From: an uncultured Bacilli bacterium
GTDB taxonomy: Bacteria > Bacillota_I > Bacilli_A > RF39 > UBA660
NCBI GenBank assembly: GCA_944332705.1
Contig: CALVKM010000002.1
Span: forward strand, 10,746 to 74,745
Reading direction: 5' to 3'
DNA: 64,000 nt
A program made the position numbers and the translations under genes. Shown piece after piece: positions 49,755 through 59,211 of this stretch (position 1 is its first letter; every line of letters starts with the position of its first letter). The notes below the pieces were generated by a model. It was not told where the DNA came from and searched no databases. It saw only the letters and a list, made by a program, of their open reading frames with translations.

Positions 49755-49886
49755 TTTTACATAAACTCTCATGGGGTATATGCTGATACTGATGTTTATA
49801 TTATAAGGCCTGTTTTCTATCTCAACTCCAATGTTACCTATGTCTCTGGTGATGGTTCAATTGATAATCCATTTAGAATTGAGTAG
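49755..49886 (+). pseudogene. 3' remnant of surface-protein paralog
   Basis: FYINSHG..IIRPVFYLNSNVTYVSGDGSIDNPFRIE* matches the C-termini ending at 8164 and 13954. Confidence 0.75.
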
Positions 49887-49945
49887 TGTATACTACTTTT
49901 TTTCTTTAATTAATGTTATAATTAAGTTAAGAAAGAGATGATTTT

Positions 49946-50578
49946 ATGTTAGATAATGTTGAAGTATTAATTCATAGTAGTATTAAAATTAATAAAGGGT
50001 TAGTTATTTATTTTGATCCATACAAAATAAATAAAGATTATAATGATGCTGATATAGTATTTATTACTCATAGTCATTATGATCATTATTCAGAAGATGA
50101 TTTAAAGAAAGTAATAAAGGATAATACTATAATTGTAATACCTAGTGATTTAGAAATAAAAGCACTAGAATTTGGTTTTGATAAAGAACATATAATAGTT
50201 GTAAAACCAAGTGGAGAATATAATGTTCTTGGAATTAATTTTAAAACAATTCCGGCATATAACACGAATAAGAATTTTCATCCTAAAGTTAATAACTGGG
50301 TTGGTTATATAATAAAAATAGACAATACAACTTATTATATTGCTGGTGATACTGATATTACTGAAGAAAATAGAAAAGTTTCATGTGATGTAGCATTTGT
50401 TCCTATCGGAGGAACATATACAATGAATACTTTTGAAGCAGCAGAGTTAGTTAATGAAATTAAACCTAAAGTAGTTGTACCAATTCATTATGGTTTAATT
50501 GTAGGTACTAAAGAAGATGCTATTAATTTTAAAAATTTAATTGATAAAGATATAGAATGTAATATATTAATGAAGTAA
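49946..50578 (+). CDS. MBL-fold metallo-hydrolase
   Basis: THSHYDH, AGDT, PIHY. Confidence 0.88.
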   Translation: MLDNVEVLIHSSIKINKGLVIYFDPYKINKDYNDADIVFITHSHYDHYSEDDLKKVIKDNTIIVIPSDLEIKALEFGFDKEHIIVVKPSGEYNVLGINFKTIPAYNTNKNFHPKVNNWVGYIIKIDNTTYYIAGDTDITEENRKVSCDVAFVPIGGTYTMNTFEAAELVNEIKPKVVVPIHYGLIVGTKEDAINFKNLIDKDIECNILMK

Positions 50579-50598
50579 GAATTAATACTGAGGTATAA

Positions 50599-50889
50599 AT
50601 GAAAATAATTACAATATGTGGTAGCTTAAAATTTAAAAATGAAATGTTAAAAGTTGCAAGAAAATTAACTATCGCTGGGTATTTAGTTATAACACCAATT
50701 TTTCCAATAGATGATAATGATAAAATTACTGAAGAAGAAAAAAATATTTTTGATAGCGCTCATAAAGAAAAAATAAAATTGTCTGATGCTATTTTTGTTG
50801 TCAATGTTAATGGTTATATTGGTGAAAGTACTAAAAATGAAATTAATTATGCTAAATCTTTAAATAAAGAAATATTATATTTAGAATGA
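50599..50889 (+). CDS. small nucleoside deoxyribosyltransferase-like protein
   Basis: ITICGS, KIKLSDAIFVVN..GYIGEST..E. Confidence 0.6.
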   Translation: MKIITICGSLKFKNEMLKVARKLTIAGYLVITPIFPIDDNDKITEEEKNIFDSAHKEKIKLSDAIFVVNVNGYIGESTKNEINYAKSLNKEILYLE

Positions 50890-50967
50890 AATAAAATATT
50901 TAGCCAAATCTATATGCGATTCTCCTTTTTTGTTGTATAATATTAATTACTAAAAAGGAGGGATAAA

Positions 50968-52293
50968 ATGGAACAAGCATCACTTTTTGATGAATCAAAA
51001 TATGAACCACTGGCTTATAGAATGCGGCCCAGAAATTTAAGTGAATTTGTTGGTCAAGAGCATTTGATTGGGAATGGCAAAATACTTAAGAAAATGATTG
51101 AAAGTGATAATGTTTCATCAATGATTTTCTGGGGACCACCGGGGGTAGGTAAAACTACACTCGCTCGGATTATTGCTCATGAAACTAAATCAGATTTTAT
51201 TAATTTTTCTGCGGTAACATCAGGAATTAAAGAAATAAAAAAAGTAATGGAAGATGCCGATAATAATAAAAAGTTAGGTATTAAAACTATTTTGTTTGTT
51301 GATGAAATTCATAGGTTTAATAAAGCTCAACAAGATGCTTTTTTGCCATTTGTAGAAAAAGGAGCTATTGTTTTAATCGGGGCAACAACAGAAAATCCTT
51401 CATTTGAAATAAACAACGCTCTTTTATCTAGGTGTCGCACTTTTGTGTTAAAAGAACTATCAGTAGAAAATATTTTAACCCTTTTAAAACGAGCAATTAC
51501 TGATGAAAGAGGATTTGGTAAAAGTAAAGTTGAAATATCTGAAGATGATTTAAAATTTATTGCCACATTTGCGAGTGGCGATGCTCGTAGTGCCTTAACT
51601 ACTCTTGATATGATTATTACTAATAGTGATATTGATAAAGATGGAGTTATTCATGTAACTCGTGAAAATATTGAAGAATGTTTAACTAAGAAAACACTAC
51701 TTTATGATAAAGATGGGGAAGAACATTATAATATTATTTCAGCTCTTCATAAATCCATGCGTAATAGTGATCCTGATGCAGCCGTCTATTGGCTTGCTCG
51801 CATGCTTGAAGCGGGCGAAGAACCACTTTATATTGCTAGAAGAATAGTTCGTTTTGCATCAGAAGATATAGGTCTTGCTGATACTAATGCTCTAAATGTT
51901 GCGATAAATGTCTATCAAGCATGTCACTTTATTGGTATGCCAGAGTGTAATGTTCACCTAGCAGAAGCAGTTATTTATATGAGCATTGCTCCTAAATCTA
52001 ATGCATGTGATGTTGCATATATGAATGCTTGCAGGGATGCCCTAAATACTATTGCTGAACCAGTGCCCCTACAAATTCGTAATGCTCCAACTAAACTTAT
52101 GCAAAATCTTAATTATGGTAAGGGATATAAATATGCTCATGATTATGAAGATAAACTGACAACTATGGATTGTTTGCCACCTTCATTAATTGGTAAAACA
52201 TATTATCAACCAACAACTCAAGGTAATGAAATTAAATTTAAACAAAGACTTGAACAAATAAAAGAATGGAAGAAAAATCATAAAGATACATAA
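50968..52293 (+). CDS. rarA: replication-associated recombination protein A
   Basis: PLA.RMRP, GPPGVGKT, DEIHRFNKAQQD, SALHKSMR. Confidence 0.95.
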   Translation: MEQASLFDESKYEPLAYRMRPRNLSEFVGQEHLIGNGKILKKMIESDNVSSMIFWGPPGVGKTTLARIIAHETKSDFINFSAVTSGIKEIKKVMEDADNNKKLGIKTILFVDEIHRFNKAQQDAFLPFVEKGAIVLIGATTENPSFEINNALLSRCRTFVLKELSVENILTLLKRAITDERGFGKSKVEISEDDLKFIATFASGDARSALTTLDMIITNSDIDKDGVIHVTRENIEECLTKKTLLYDKDGEEHYNIISALHKSMRNSDPDAAVYWLARMLEAGEEPLYIARRIVRFASEDIGLADTNALNVAINVYQACHFIGMPECNVHLAEAVIYMSIAPKSNACDVAYMNACRDALNTIAEPVPLQIRNAPTKLMQNLNYGKGYKYAHDYEDKLTTMDCLPPSLIGKTYYQPTTQGNEIKFKQRLEQIKEWKKNHKDT

Positions 52294-52378
52294 ATGTTAA
52301 AAAACTTTGCGTAATTTCCAAACTATTTTGGTAGATATAAAAATGGCATTAATATATAATTGTTATCGAGAAGAAATT

Positions 52379-52948
52379 ATGGATTTAGGAAACAAAATAT
52401 TAAAATTAAGAAAGGAAAAAGGATACTCTCAAGAAGAACTAGCAGAAAAACTAGGAGTCACTAGACAAACAATATCCAATTGGGAACTTGGTAGTACACA
52501 ACCCAATCCCGAACAATTAAAAGGTTTATCAAAAATACTTAATGTAAGTATTGATGAACTTTTAGATAATGATATAAAAGCTGTGATTGAAGAAAAAGTA
52601 TCTAATACCGAAAAACTAGCAGGTATTATTATTAAAATACTTAAAGTCTTTGGAATACTTATTATTATATATATTTTGTTGTTGGTTATAGGTATTATTA
52701 CTTTTACTGTTTTTCGCAAAGAATCAAGTGAATCAGTTTGTAATAAAGCTACAAGTGCAACTCTAAATTGTTCAATTGAAGATAATAACTATACTGTAAC
52801 TATTGGTGATGATAACTATTTTGATTGTCCAGAATGCAATGAGGATATGCAAATTTATTTGAAAGATATTACTGATTGGGCCAATATAAATCATAGTGTA
52901 GAAAACATTAAAACCTATTTTAGGGAAAATGGTGGAAATTGTGAGTGA
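52379..52948 (+). CDS. XRE HTH protein with TM
   Basis: SQEELAEKLGVTRQTISNWE, then TM. Confidence 0.85.
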   Translation: MDLGNKILKLRKEKGYSQEELAEKLGVTRQTISNWELGSTQPNPEQLKGLSKILNVSIDELLDNDIKAVIEEKVSNTEKLAGIIIKILKVFGILIIIYILLLVIGIITFTVFRKESSESVCNKATSATLNCSIEDNNYTVTIGDDNYFDCPECNEDMQIYLKDITDWANINHSVENIKTYFRENGGNCE

Positions 52949-52988
52949 TTAACTTGTAATTTATTTTGAAATTTGGTATATTATAAAT

Positions 52989-53060
52989 GTAAGTGTTACC
53001 CATATTGGGTAACGCCTGAATTGTGTCAGACGCTACATTTTACTTGTCGGCGTCTTTTTT
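52989..53060 (+). ncRNA. putative antisense RNA (type I antitoxin), copy 2
   Basis: TTGTAA-17-TATATT promoter (52954-52982), covarying hairpins, AGACGC..GCGTCT-TTTTT terminator. Confidence 0.6.
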
Positions 53061-53123
53061 GTTGTTTGTTCCATAGATGACCAGTATCAAAATAACTACT
53101 AGTAGATATAAATCTTCATTCAA
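53040..53123 (-). CDS. small hydrophobic peptide (27 aa), type I toxin-like, copy 2
   Basis: AAGGGAGG SD, TTG start; MNEDLYLLVVILILVIYGTNNKKDADK. Confidence 0.7.
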   Translation of the reverse strand: MNEDLYLLVVILILVIYGTNNKKDADK

Positions 53124-53246
53124 CTGTACATCCCTCCCTTTTATCCTTGTTTAGAAGGAGGAGTTAAAAAACGGATAACAGCGACGCCTCACCAATAATG
53201 GGTAACGGTTATCTATTATAGTTGTTATTTTTTTATTTGCAAGCAC

Positions 53247-53283
53247 TTCGACACACATCGACAAAACAAGCCAAAATTCGACA
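53247..53283. promoter_or_regulatory. triple Spo0A-box-like array
   Basis: TTCGACA 53247, ATCGACA 53257, TTCGACA 53277. Confidence 0.6.
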
Positions 53284-53367
53284 TTCTTTGGTAGAATAAT
53301 AGTTGTGTTTACTTTAAATAATTGTTATAATTTATATGAAAAAAATTAATGAAAGAACTTGGGATAT

Positions 53368-54363
53368 ATGAATATAGAAAAAGAAATAATAAAAAAATGT
53401 ATATTAGATAAAGATAAATTAATACCTTTTGGTTTTATTAAAGAAAAAGATAATTATAAATATATAACTAATATTATGAATAATAAATTTAGGGTAGAAA
53501 TAATTATTAATGCAAATAATGAACTAATAGGTAAAATATATGATATAGAAACAAATGAAGAATATACAAACTTTAGAGTAGAAAATCTAGGATCTTTTTC
53601 TAATAGTGTTAAAGAAGAATATATAAATATATTAAAAAATATTGTTAGTAATTGTTATATTAGTCATTATTTTTCTTTTAATCAAACTAATCGTATTGTT
53701 AATGAAATAATAAAAAAATATAATGTTAGTCCTGAATTTTTATGGGATAAGTATCCGAATTATGGAATATTTAGAAATAAAAAGAATAATAAATGGTTTG
53801 CGGCTATTTTAAATGTTGATAAAAGTAAAGTTATCAACAATGAATCAGGAGAAATAGAAATAATTAATGTAAAAGTAGATGATTTAGTTAATGATTATTT
53901 AAAAGAAAAAGGCATTTTTCCGGCGTATCATATGAGTAAGAAAAGTTGGATAACTATTATTTTAGATGATACTTGTAAAGACGAAAAAGTTATGGAATTA
54001 ATAGACATTAGTTATGAACTTGTAAATAAAAAAAGTACTTGGATAATTCCGGCAAATCTCAATGTTTATGATATTGTTAGTGATTTTAAGAAAAGTGATA
54101 TAATGATTTGGAATCATCAAAGTAGTATGGAACTTGGTGATATAATCTATATTTATATGACTAAACCAATGGGGTATATAAAATATAAGTGTCAAATTAT
54201 AGATATAAATGATAATATAATGACTATAAAGTTAATGCAGGAATTTAATGATAATTTATTAACATTTGATTTACTTAACAATTATGGACTTAAATCTGTC
54301 CGGAGTCCAAGGAGAATTCCTGATAAATTAAAGAATTATCTAGAAACAATTAGGGAGGTTTAA
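53368..54363 (+). CDS. MmcQ/YjbR-family protein with C-terminal EVE-like domain
   Basis: KWFA, PAYHMSKKSW, LIDISY; then WIIPAN..YD, GD.IYIY...P, VRSPRR. Confidence 0.75.
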   Translation: MNIEKEIIKKCILDKDKLIPFGFIKEKDNYKYITNIMNNKFRVEIIINANNELIGKIYDIETNEEYTNFRVENLGSFSNSVKEEYINILKNIVSNCYISHYFSFNQTNRIVNEIIKKYNVSPEFLWDKYPNYGIFRNKKNNKWFAAILNVDKSKVINNESGEIEIINVKVDDLVNDYLKEKGIFPAYHMSKKSWITIILDDTCKDEKVMELIDISYELVNKKSTWIIPANLNVYDIVSDFKKSDIMIWNHQSSMELGDIIYIYMTKPMGYIKYKCQIIDINDNIMTIKLMQEFNDNLLTFDLLNNYGLKSVRSPRRIPDKLKNYLETIREV

Positions 54364-54917
54364 TGCGGGAATTTAAAGGTAATAGTTTAATAAAAGAATT
54401 AGATGATTATACAGTTGTAGATATTGAAACGACATCACTTGATTCAAGAAGTGGAGAAATATTAGAAATAAGTGCCATTAAAGTGCGAAATAAGAAAACA
54501 ATTGATACATTTTCTAAATTAATTAAAGTTTCATATGTTGGATCATTTACTACTCACCTAACAGGTATAACAAATGCAGAAATGTTAGAATATGGTGAAG
54601 ATTTAACTAAAGTTTTAGAAGACTTTTTAGCATTTTTAGGTAATGATGTCATTGTTGGACATAATGTGAATTTCGATGTTAATTTCTTATATGATAATTT
54701 AGAGAGTGAATTAGGTATTTTTCTAACTAATGATTATATCGATACATTAAGATTATCGAGAATGTTTTTGCCGAAGCTCAAACATCATCGATTAGATGAT
54801 TTGATTACTTATTTTAATTTAGAAGAAAGAAGCGAACACCGAGCTTTAAATGATTGCGTTCTTACTAATCAAGTTTATTTAAATTTATGGGGTTTACAAA
54901 ACAAAATATATAATTAA
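54363..54917 (+). CDS. DEDDh 3'-5' exonuclease
   Basis: VDIETT, GHNVNFD, HRALND. Confidence 0.9.
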   Translation: MREFKGNSLIKELDDYTVVDIETTSLDSRSGEILEISAIKVRNKKTIDTFSKLIKVSYVGSFTTHLTGITNAEMLEYGEDLTKVLEDFLAFLGNDVIVGHNVNFDVNFLYDNLESELGIFLTNDYIDTLRLSRMFLPKLKHHRLDDLITYFNLEERSEHRALNDCVLTNQVYLNLWGLQNKIYN

Positions 54918-54928
54918 GGAGAGTGTTT

Positions 54929-55345
54929 ATGGAAGATAAAAAATGTGTTATGATTATTGATGAAAATTTACCACTGGGATTAATTGCTAATACAGCAGCA
55001 GTTTTAGGCAATACAATAGGTGCTCATTATCCCAAGTTAGTTGGTAGTGATGTAGTAGATAAAAGTAATAATACGCATATGGGAGTAATAAAAATACCTA
55101 TTCCCATACTTAAAGGTAATGCTAGTATGCTGTTTTCGTTAAGGGAAAAACTTTATCAAGAAGAATATAGTGACTTAGTTGTTGCAGATTTTTCTTCAGT
55201 TGCTCAAAGTTGTAAAAATTATGAAGAATATATTTCCAAAATAAGTGAGGTTACTGCTAAAGACTTAAAATATGATGGCATTGCTATTTATGGCGATAAG
55301 AAAAAAGTTAATAAACTAACAGGTAGTATTGGTTTGTTAAGATAA
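54929..55345 (+). CDS. DUF2000-family protein
   Basis: LPLGLIANTAAVLG, KKVNKLTGS..LLR. Confidence 0.75.
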   Translation: MEDKKCVMIIDENLPLGLIANTAAVLGNTIGAHYPKLVGSDVVDKSNNTHMGVIKIPIPILKGNASMLFSLREKLYQEEYSDLVVADFSSVAQSCKNYEEYISKISEVTAKDLKYDGIAIYGDKKKVNKLTGSIGLLR

Positions 55346-55357
55346 AGGGAGACTAAA

Positions 55358-56518
55358 ATGTCTATAGTAGTTAATATTAATCCCCATAAAAAGAAAAAAA
55401 TAGATTTTAAATTACTAAATCAAATGGCTTATTCTAAAGAACTTTATATAGGAACTTTTGATGATGCTTATAGATACGAGCGATATACTGGTAAAAATGA
55501 TATTAGAAATGTACCTTTTATTTTGTTTTATAAAAAATTATTTGGGAGAGGTTTTTCTTTTTTAGTAAATGATGATTATAATGCTGAACTTACATTAAAT
55601 TATCCTTGTAGTGTAATAGATATAGCAATATTTTATAAATTTATTACAATGTATTGTAAACATTTTAATCTTGATAAATTTACTCAAGAAGGAGAAGTAT
55701 ATAGTTTAGATGATATAGAAAAATTGCAAGTAGAGGCCGATAATTTTAATAAAAGAATAGTTTGCAGGGAACTTAAAGTTGGTTTAACAATATTTGGTTG
55801 TATTTATCCCATTGTAATTGATGATGATTTAGTACTTAAATTAAGAAGTAATGAAGAGGATAAAGCTTATAATTATTTTGCTAAATATTTAGATAATTTA
55901 CAAAGACCAATGTATTACTATGCGATACCTTTAATATATAAAAATAATAATAAATATATTGCTAAATATGGATTAACTAAAGATGTTCCATCAATATTTC
56001 CCAAAAGTACATATTTACCATTTGGATATAATCAAAAACTACTTGATAATATAACTTCTTGGAGTGTTGCTATAATTGAAAATCAAGAATATAGTATTAC
56101 TTGTGAAATTCCTTATAATGATTTTTGTAAATTAATTAATATTAATAAATTACCTAAATTTGATTATAAACATAAACTAGTTACTATTGATGATAAAATA
56201 ATGGCTAAAATAAGTAAATATAAAATAGCAAAAGCTAAAGATGAATTAAGTAATTGGTTAAGTGATTATAGAGAACTTGGACACAAACCAAGTAAAATAG
56301 AATATACTAATGAATTTGTAACTGAAAACATTCATTGTTATATTTTTAAATATAAAAAAGAAATGTTCGGCAAATGGTATTTAGGTATAGTAAGTGATTC
56401 GGGAACTTTTAGTGAATTTAAGGAGTATATTAAGGAAACAGAAATAGATGATGCCAAAGAAATTATTAATTTATTAAAAGAATTTTGGAAGAAAACTGCT
56501 GAGAATGTGGACAAATAA
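55358..56518 (+). CDS. hypothetical protein (DUF4299-like N-terminus)
   Basis: GRGF, PSIFP motifs; C-terminal WL....ELG.KP..IE domain. Confidence 0.55.
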   Translation: MSIVVNINPHKKKKIDFKLLNQMAYSKELYIGTFDDAYRYERYTGKNDIRNVPFILFYKKLFGRGFSFLVNDDYNAELTLNYPCSVIDIAIFYKFITMYCKHFNLDKFTQEGEVYSLDDIEKLQVEADNFNKRIVCRELKVGLTIFGCIYPIVIDDDLVLKLRSNEEDKAYNYFAKYLDNLQRPMYYYAIPLIYKNNNKYIAKYGLTKDVPSIFPKSTYLPFGYNQKLLDNITSWSVAIIENQEYSITCEIPYNDFCKLININKLPKFDYKHKLVTIDDKIMAKISKYKIAKAKDELSNWLSDYRELGHKPSKIEYTNEFVTENIHCYIFKYKKEMFGKWYLGIVSDSGTFSEFKEYIKETEIDDAKEIINLLKEFWKKTAENVDK

Positions 56519-56558
56519 GAAAAAATATAATAAAATAATACTCATTCAAGGGGGATTT

Positions 56559-57110
56559 ATGAATAAAGAATTGTTAAAACATGCTCAAGAATATATCGAA
56601 AAAATGGCTCAAGGTATCAATCCAATTACGGGAGAAGTAGTGCCAGAAGATGATACACTTAATAACATTAAAATAACTAGATGTCTTTATTATGTTAATG
56701 ATGTTTTAAAAGAAGTTATTGCTAAAGGAATTAAAGGAAATAAAAATAAAGGTATTCCATTTAATTTAACAATTGATGAATTAAATAACTATGAATTTAC
56801 TGAAGAATTACCATTATCTAAAATAGTTAAAAAAATAAATGATTTAAAAAATAATTTGGATATGAATGATTTAAAATTAAAAGATGTCTATAATTGGTTA
56901 TTAGAAAATGATATTTTAAAAATTGAAGTTATTAATAATAAAAATTGTAAAAGACCAACTGAACTTGGTAAAAGCATGGGGATAACTGTTAGAAGAATTA
57001 ATAATAATTTAGAAACATATGATATTGTATTTTATAGTATTGAATTTCAAAAGTTTATGATAGATAATTTTAATAGTTTACTTGAGTATATAAATAGAGT
57101 TGGTAAGTAA
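56559..57110 (+). CDS. hypothetical protein
   Basis: GINPITGE..P.DD, PTELGK.MGI motifs. Confidence 0.65.
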   Translation: MNKELLKHAQEYIEKMAQGINPITGEVVPEDDTLNNIKITRCLYYVNDVLKEVIAKGIKGNKNKGIPFNLTIDELNNYEFTEELPLSKIVKKINDLKNNLDMNDLKLKDVYNWLLENDILKIEVINNKNCKRPTELGKSMGITVRRINNNLETYDIVFYSIEFQKFMIDNFNSLLEYINRVGK

Positions 57111-57197
57111 TTATCAACTTTTTAGTTGAATTTTAGGTAATTTATCTTTTAAAAGTAATAAATATATGATAAAATAACCTTATTGAAAGGTGGTTTT

Positions 57198-58676
57198 ATG
57201 AAACAAGAAGAACTTAAAAGAATAATAGGGCAAATAAAAAGATATGATTTAGTTAGTGAGTTTGAAGAGGTCGAAGATGTAAAAAGATGGCTAGAAAATT
57301 TAAATGAAAGACAAATAGGTAATTTTATTAATTTAAATATTGATTTAAGTAATATTAAATTTCCTAAAGATATATTACTTAATAAAGCATTTTTAAATCA
57401 TCCTGATTTTTTGCATAGAGTAGATATGTTAATTGCTAGTGGTTATGATAAAAGACTTAGTAGTGCATTTTTAATTAGTAATTATTTTGAGGATGCTATT
57501 AAGTTGTTGGATAACCCTATGATAGATGAAAAAATTAAAAGTCTACTAGATAGTGATTATTTTATAAATAGTCCATATTATAAAAGCGATTTAGATTTAA
57601 TATTAAAAGTTAAAAATCCTCGTGTTTTACAACTATTAATTAATCTTGCAGATGAAGAAGATTTTATTAAAAGTCCATTTCATGAATCAGATATGAAATT
57701 TATTGCTAGTCTTGAAGATATATCCGAAGAAAAAGCAGATTTATTATATAGTTATGTTATAAATGATGATGCTTTAAATGATTCATGGCGCAATGAAAAT
57801 TTAAAAGTATTATTGAATAATAAATATGAGGATGGTTTGTTATTTGAGTTATTGACAAACCCAGATTTTATTGAAGGCAAATATTATCGTACTGAGGTAG
57901 AATATTTTTTAAAAGCAGCAAGTCCATATAATGCCGCAGCTTTATATGGACACATGATTAAAAATTCTTCACTTAATTTTAAAATATTTGATTATACTAG
58001 AAAATTTGGTTTTAAAAGTGAACATTTAGGAAGCATATATTTAGGATTTTGTAATGTAGATAAAATAACTGATACAAATTATTTAAAAGAATTAGAATTA
58101 TTAACTAATATGAATGAGTTGATTGTTATATTTGTAGAAAGGCTTATGAGAAATAAAGAATTTATTACTAGTCCTAATTTTGAATTTGATTTAAAATTAT
58201 TGGAATCTTTAGCTGCTGAAGAACAATTTAATCTCAATATATTTGTTGATGTATTTAGGGTAATTAAATTTGCTTTTAACGAACCAACTCATCGAAAAGA
58301 TGTAATGCTTATACGAAATGAAGCAAGAGATCAAAATAGAGCATTTATGGCTATGATAGCAATTAATGAAAACAATCTTCAAAGTATTAATCATGATTAT
58401 GATATGTTGTTTATTAAAAATATGGATTTTAGTACTTTAGATGATGAACAAATAAGAAGAATAGAGTATATTATGACAAATTCTAAATATATAAATAGTC
58501 CAAAACATAAAGATATGCTAGAACAAGCATTAAATAATAATTTTGTAAGTGAAAATACTGATATTTTAGCTTATTTAAATGAACTTGAAAGTAATCCAAA
58601 ATTATTACAATATGAAATACCTAAAAAAAGTAGTCTGTTAAGAAGAATTAGAAATGGATTTAAAGATGAATTATGA
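57198..58676 (+). CDS. hypothetical helical-repeat protein
   Basis: Recurrent F/YI.SP....D motif. Confidence 0.65.
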   Translation: MKQEELKRIIGQIKRYDLVSEFEEVEDVKRWLENLNERQIGNFINLNIDLSNIKFPKDILLNKAFLNHPDFLHRVDMLIASGYDKRLSSAFLISNYFEDAIKLLDNPMIDEKIKSLLDSDYFINSPYYKSDLDLILKVKNPRVLQLLINLADEEDFIKSPFHESDMKFIASLEDISEEKADLLYSYVINDDALNDSWRNENLKVLLNNKYEDGLLFELLTNPDFIEGKYYRTEVEYFLKAASPYNAAALYGHMIKNSSLNFKIFDYTRKFGFKSEHLGSIYLGFCNVDKITDTNYLKELELLTNMNELIVIFVERLMRNKEFITSPNFEFDLKLLESLAAEEQFNLNIFVDVFRVIKFAFNEPTHRKDVMLIRNEARDQNRAFMAMIAINENNLQSINHDYDMLFIKNMDFSTLDDEQIRRIEYIMTNSKYINSPKHKDMLEQALNNNFVSENTDILAYLNELESNPKLLQYEIPKKSSLLRRIRNGFKDEL

Positions 58677-59137
58677 TTAGAAAAATGAATTTAAATGATT
58701 ATGAAGATGTAAGAATATTAGTTAAGCAAATTCATGAATTACATTTAAGTAATAGACCAGATATTTATAATGATGGTGAATCATTTCCTAAGGAATACTT
58801 TGAAAAAGTATTAAGTGATGCAAATAATCTTAATTATGTATATGTAGAAAATAAAAAAATAGTTGGAGTTTTAAATGCGACTTTACAGCATACTAATCCA
58901 CTACCTATTATTAAGCCTAGAACTTATTATTTTATTGAAAATTTAGTAGTGGATAAAAATCATAGAAGAAAAGGTATTGCTAAAAAGTTATTTCATTATT
59001 TAACTTTAAAAGCAAAGGAAAATAATATAGATTCAATAGAACTAAATGTTTGGGCGTTTAATAAAGATGCAATTAAGTTTTATGAATATATGGGAATGAA
59101 TATTAAAAATATAAGAATGGAAATAAAGTCTAAATAA
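58673..59137 (+). CDS. GNAT acetyltransferase
   Basis: HRRKGIAKKL, LNVW.FN..A.KFY..MG. Confidence 0.88.
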   Translation: MIRKMNLNDYEDVRILVKQIHELHLSNRPDIYNDGESFPKEYFEKVLSDANNLNYVYVENKKIVGVLNATLQHTNPLPIIKPRTYYFIENLVVDKNHRRKGIAKKLFHYLTLKAKENNIDSIELNVWAFNKDAIKFYEYMGMNIKNIRMEIKSK

Positions 59138-59211
59138 ATATAGACTTTTTTTCTGTTTTTTGATAAACTATATTGGTAATTGGACATATAATAATAGGAA
59201 GTGGGAAGTAT

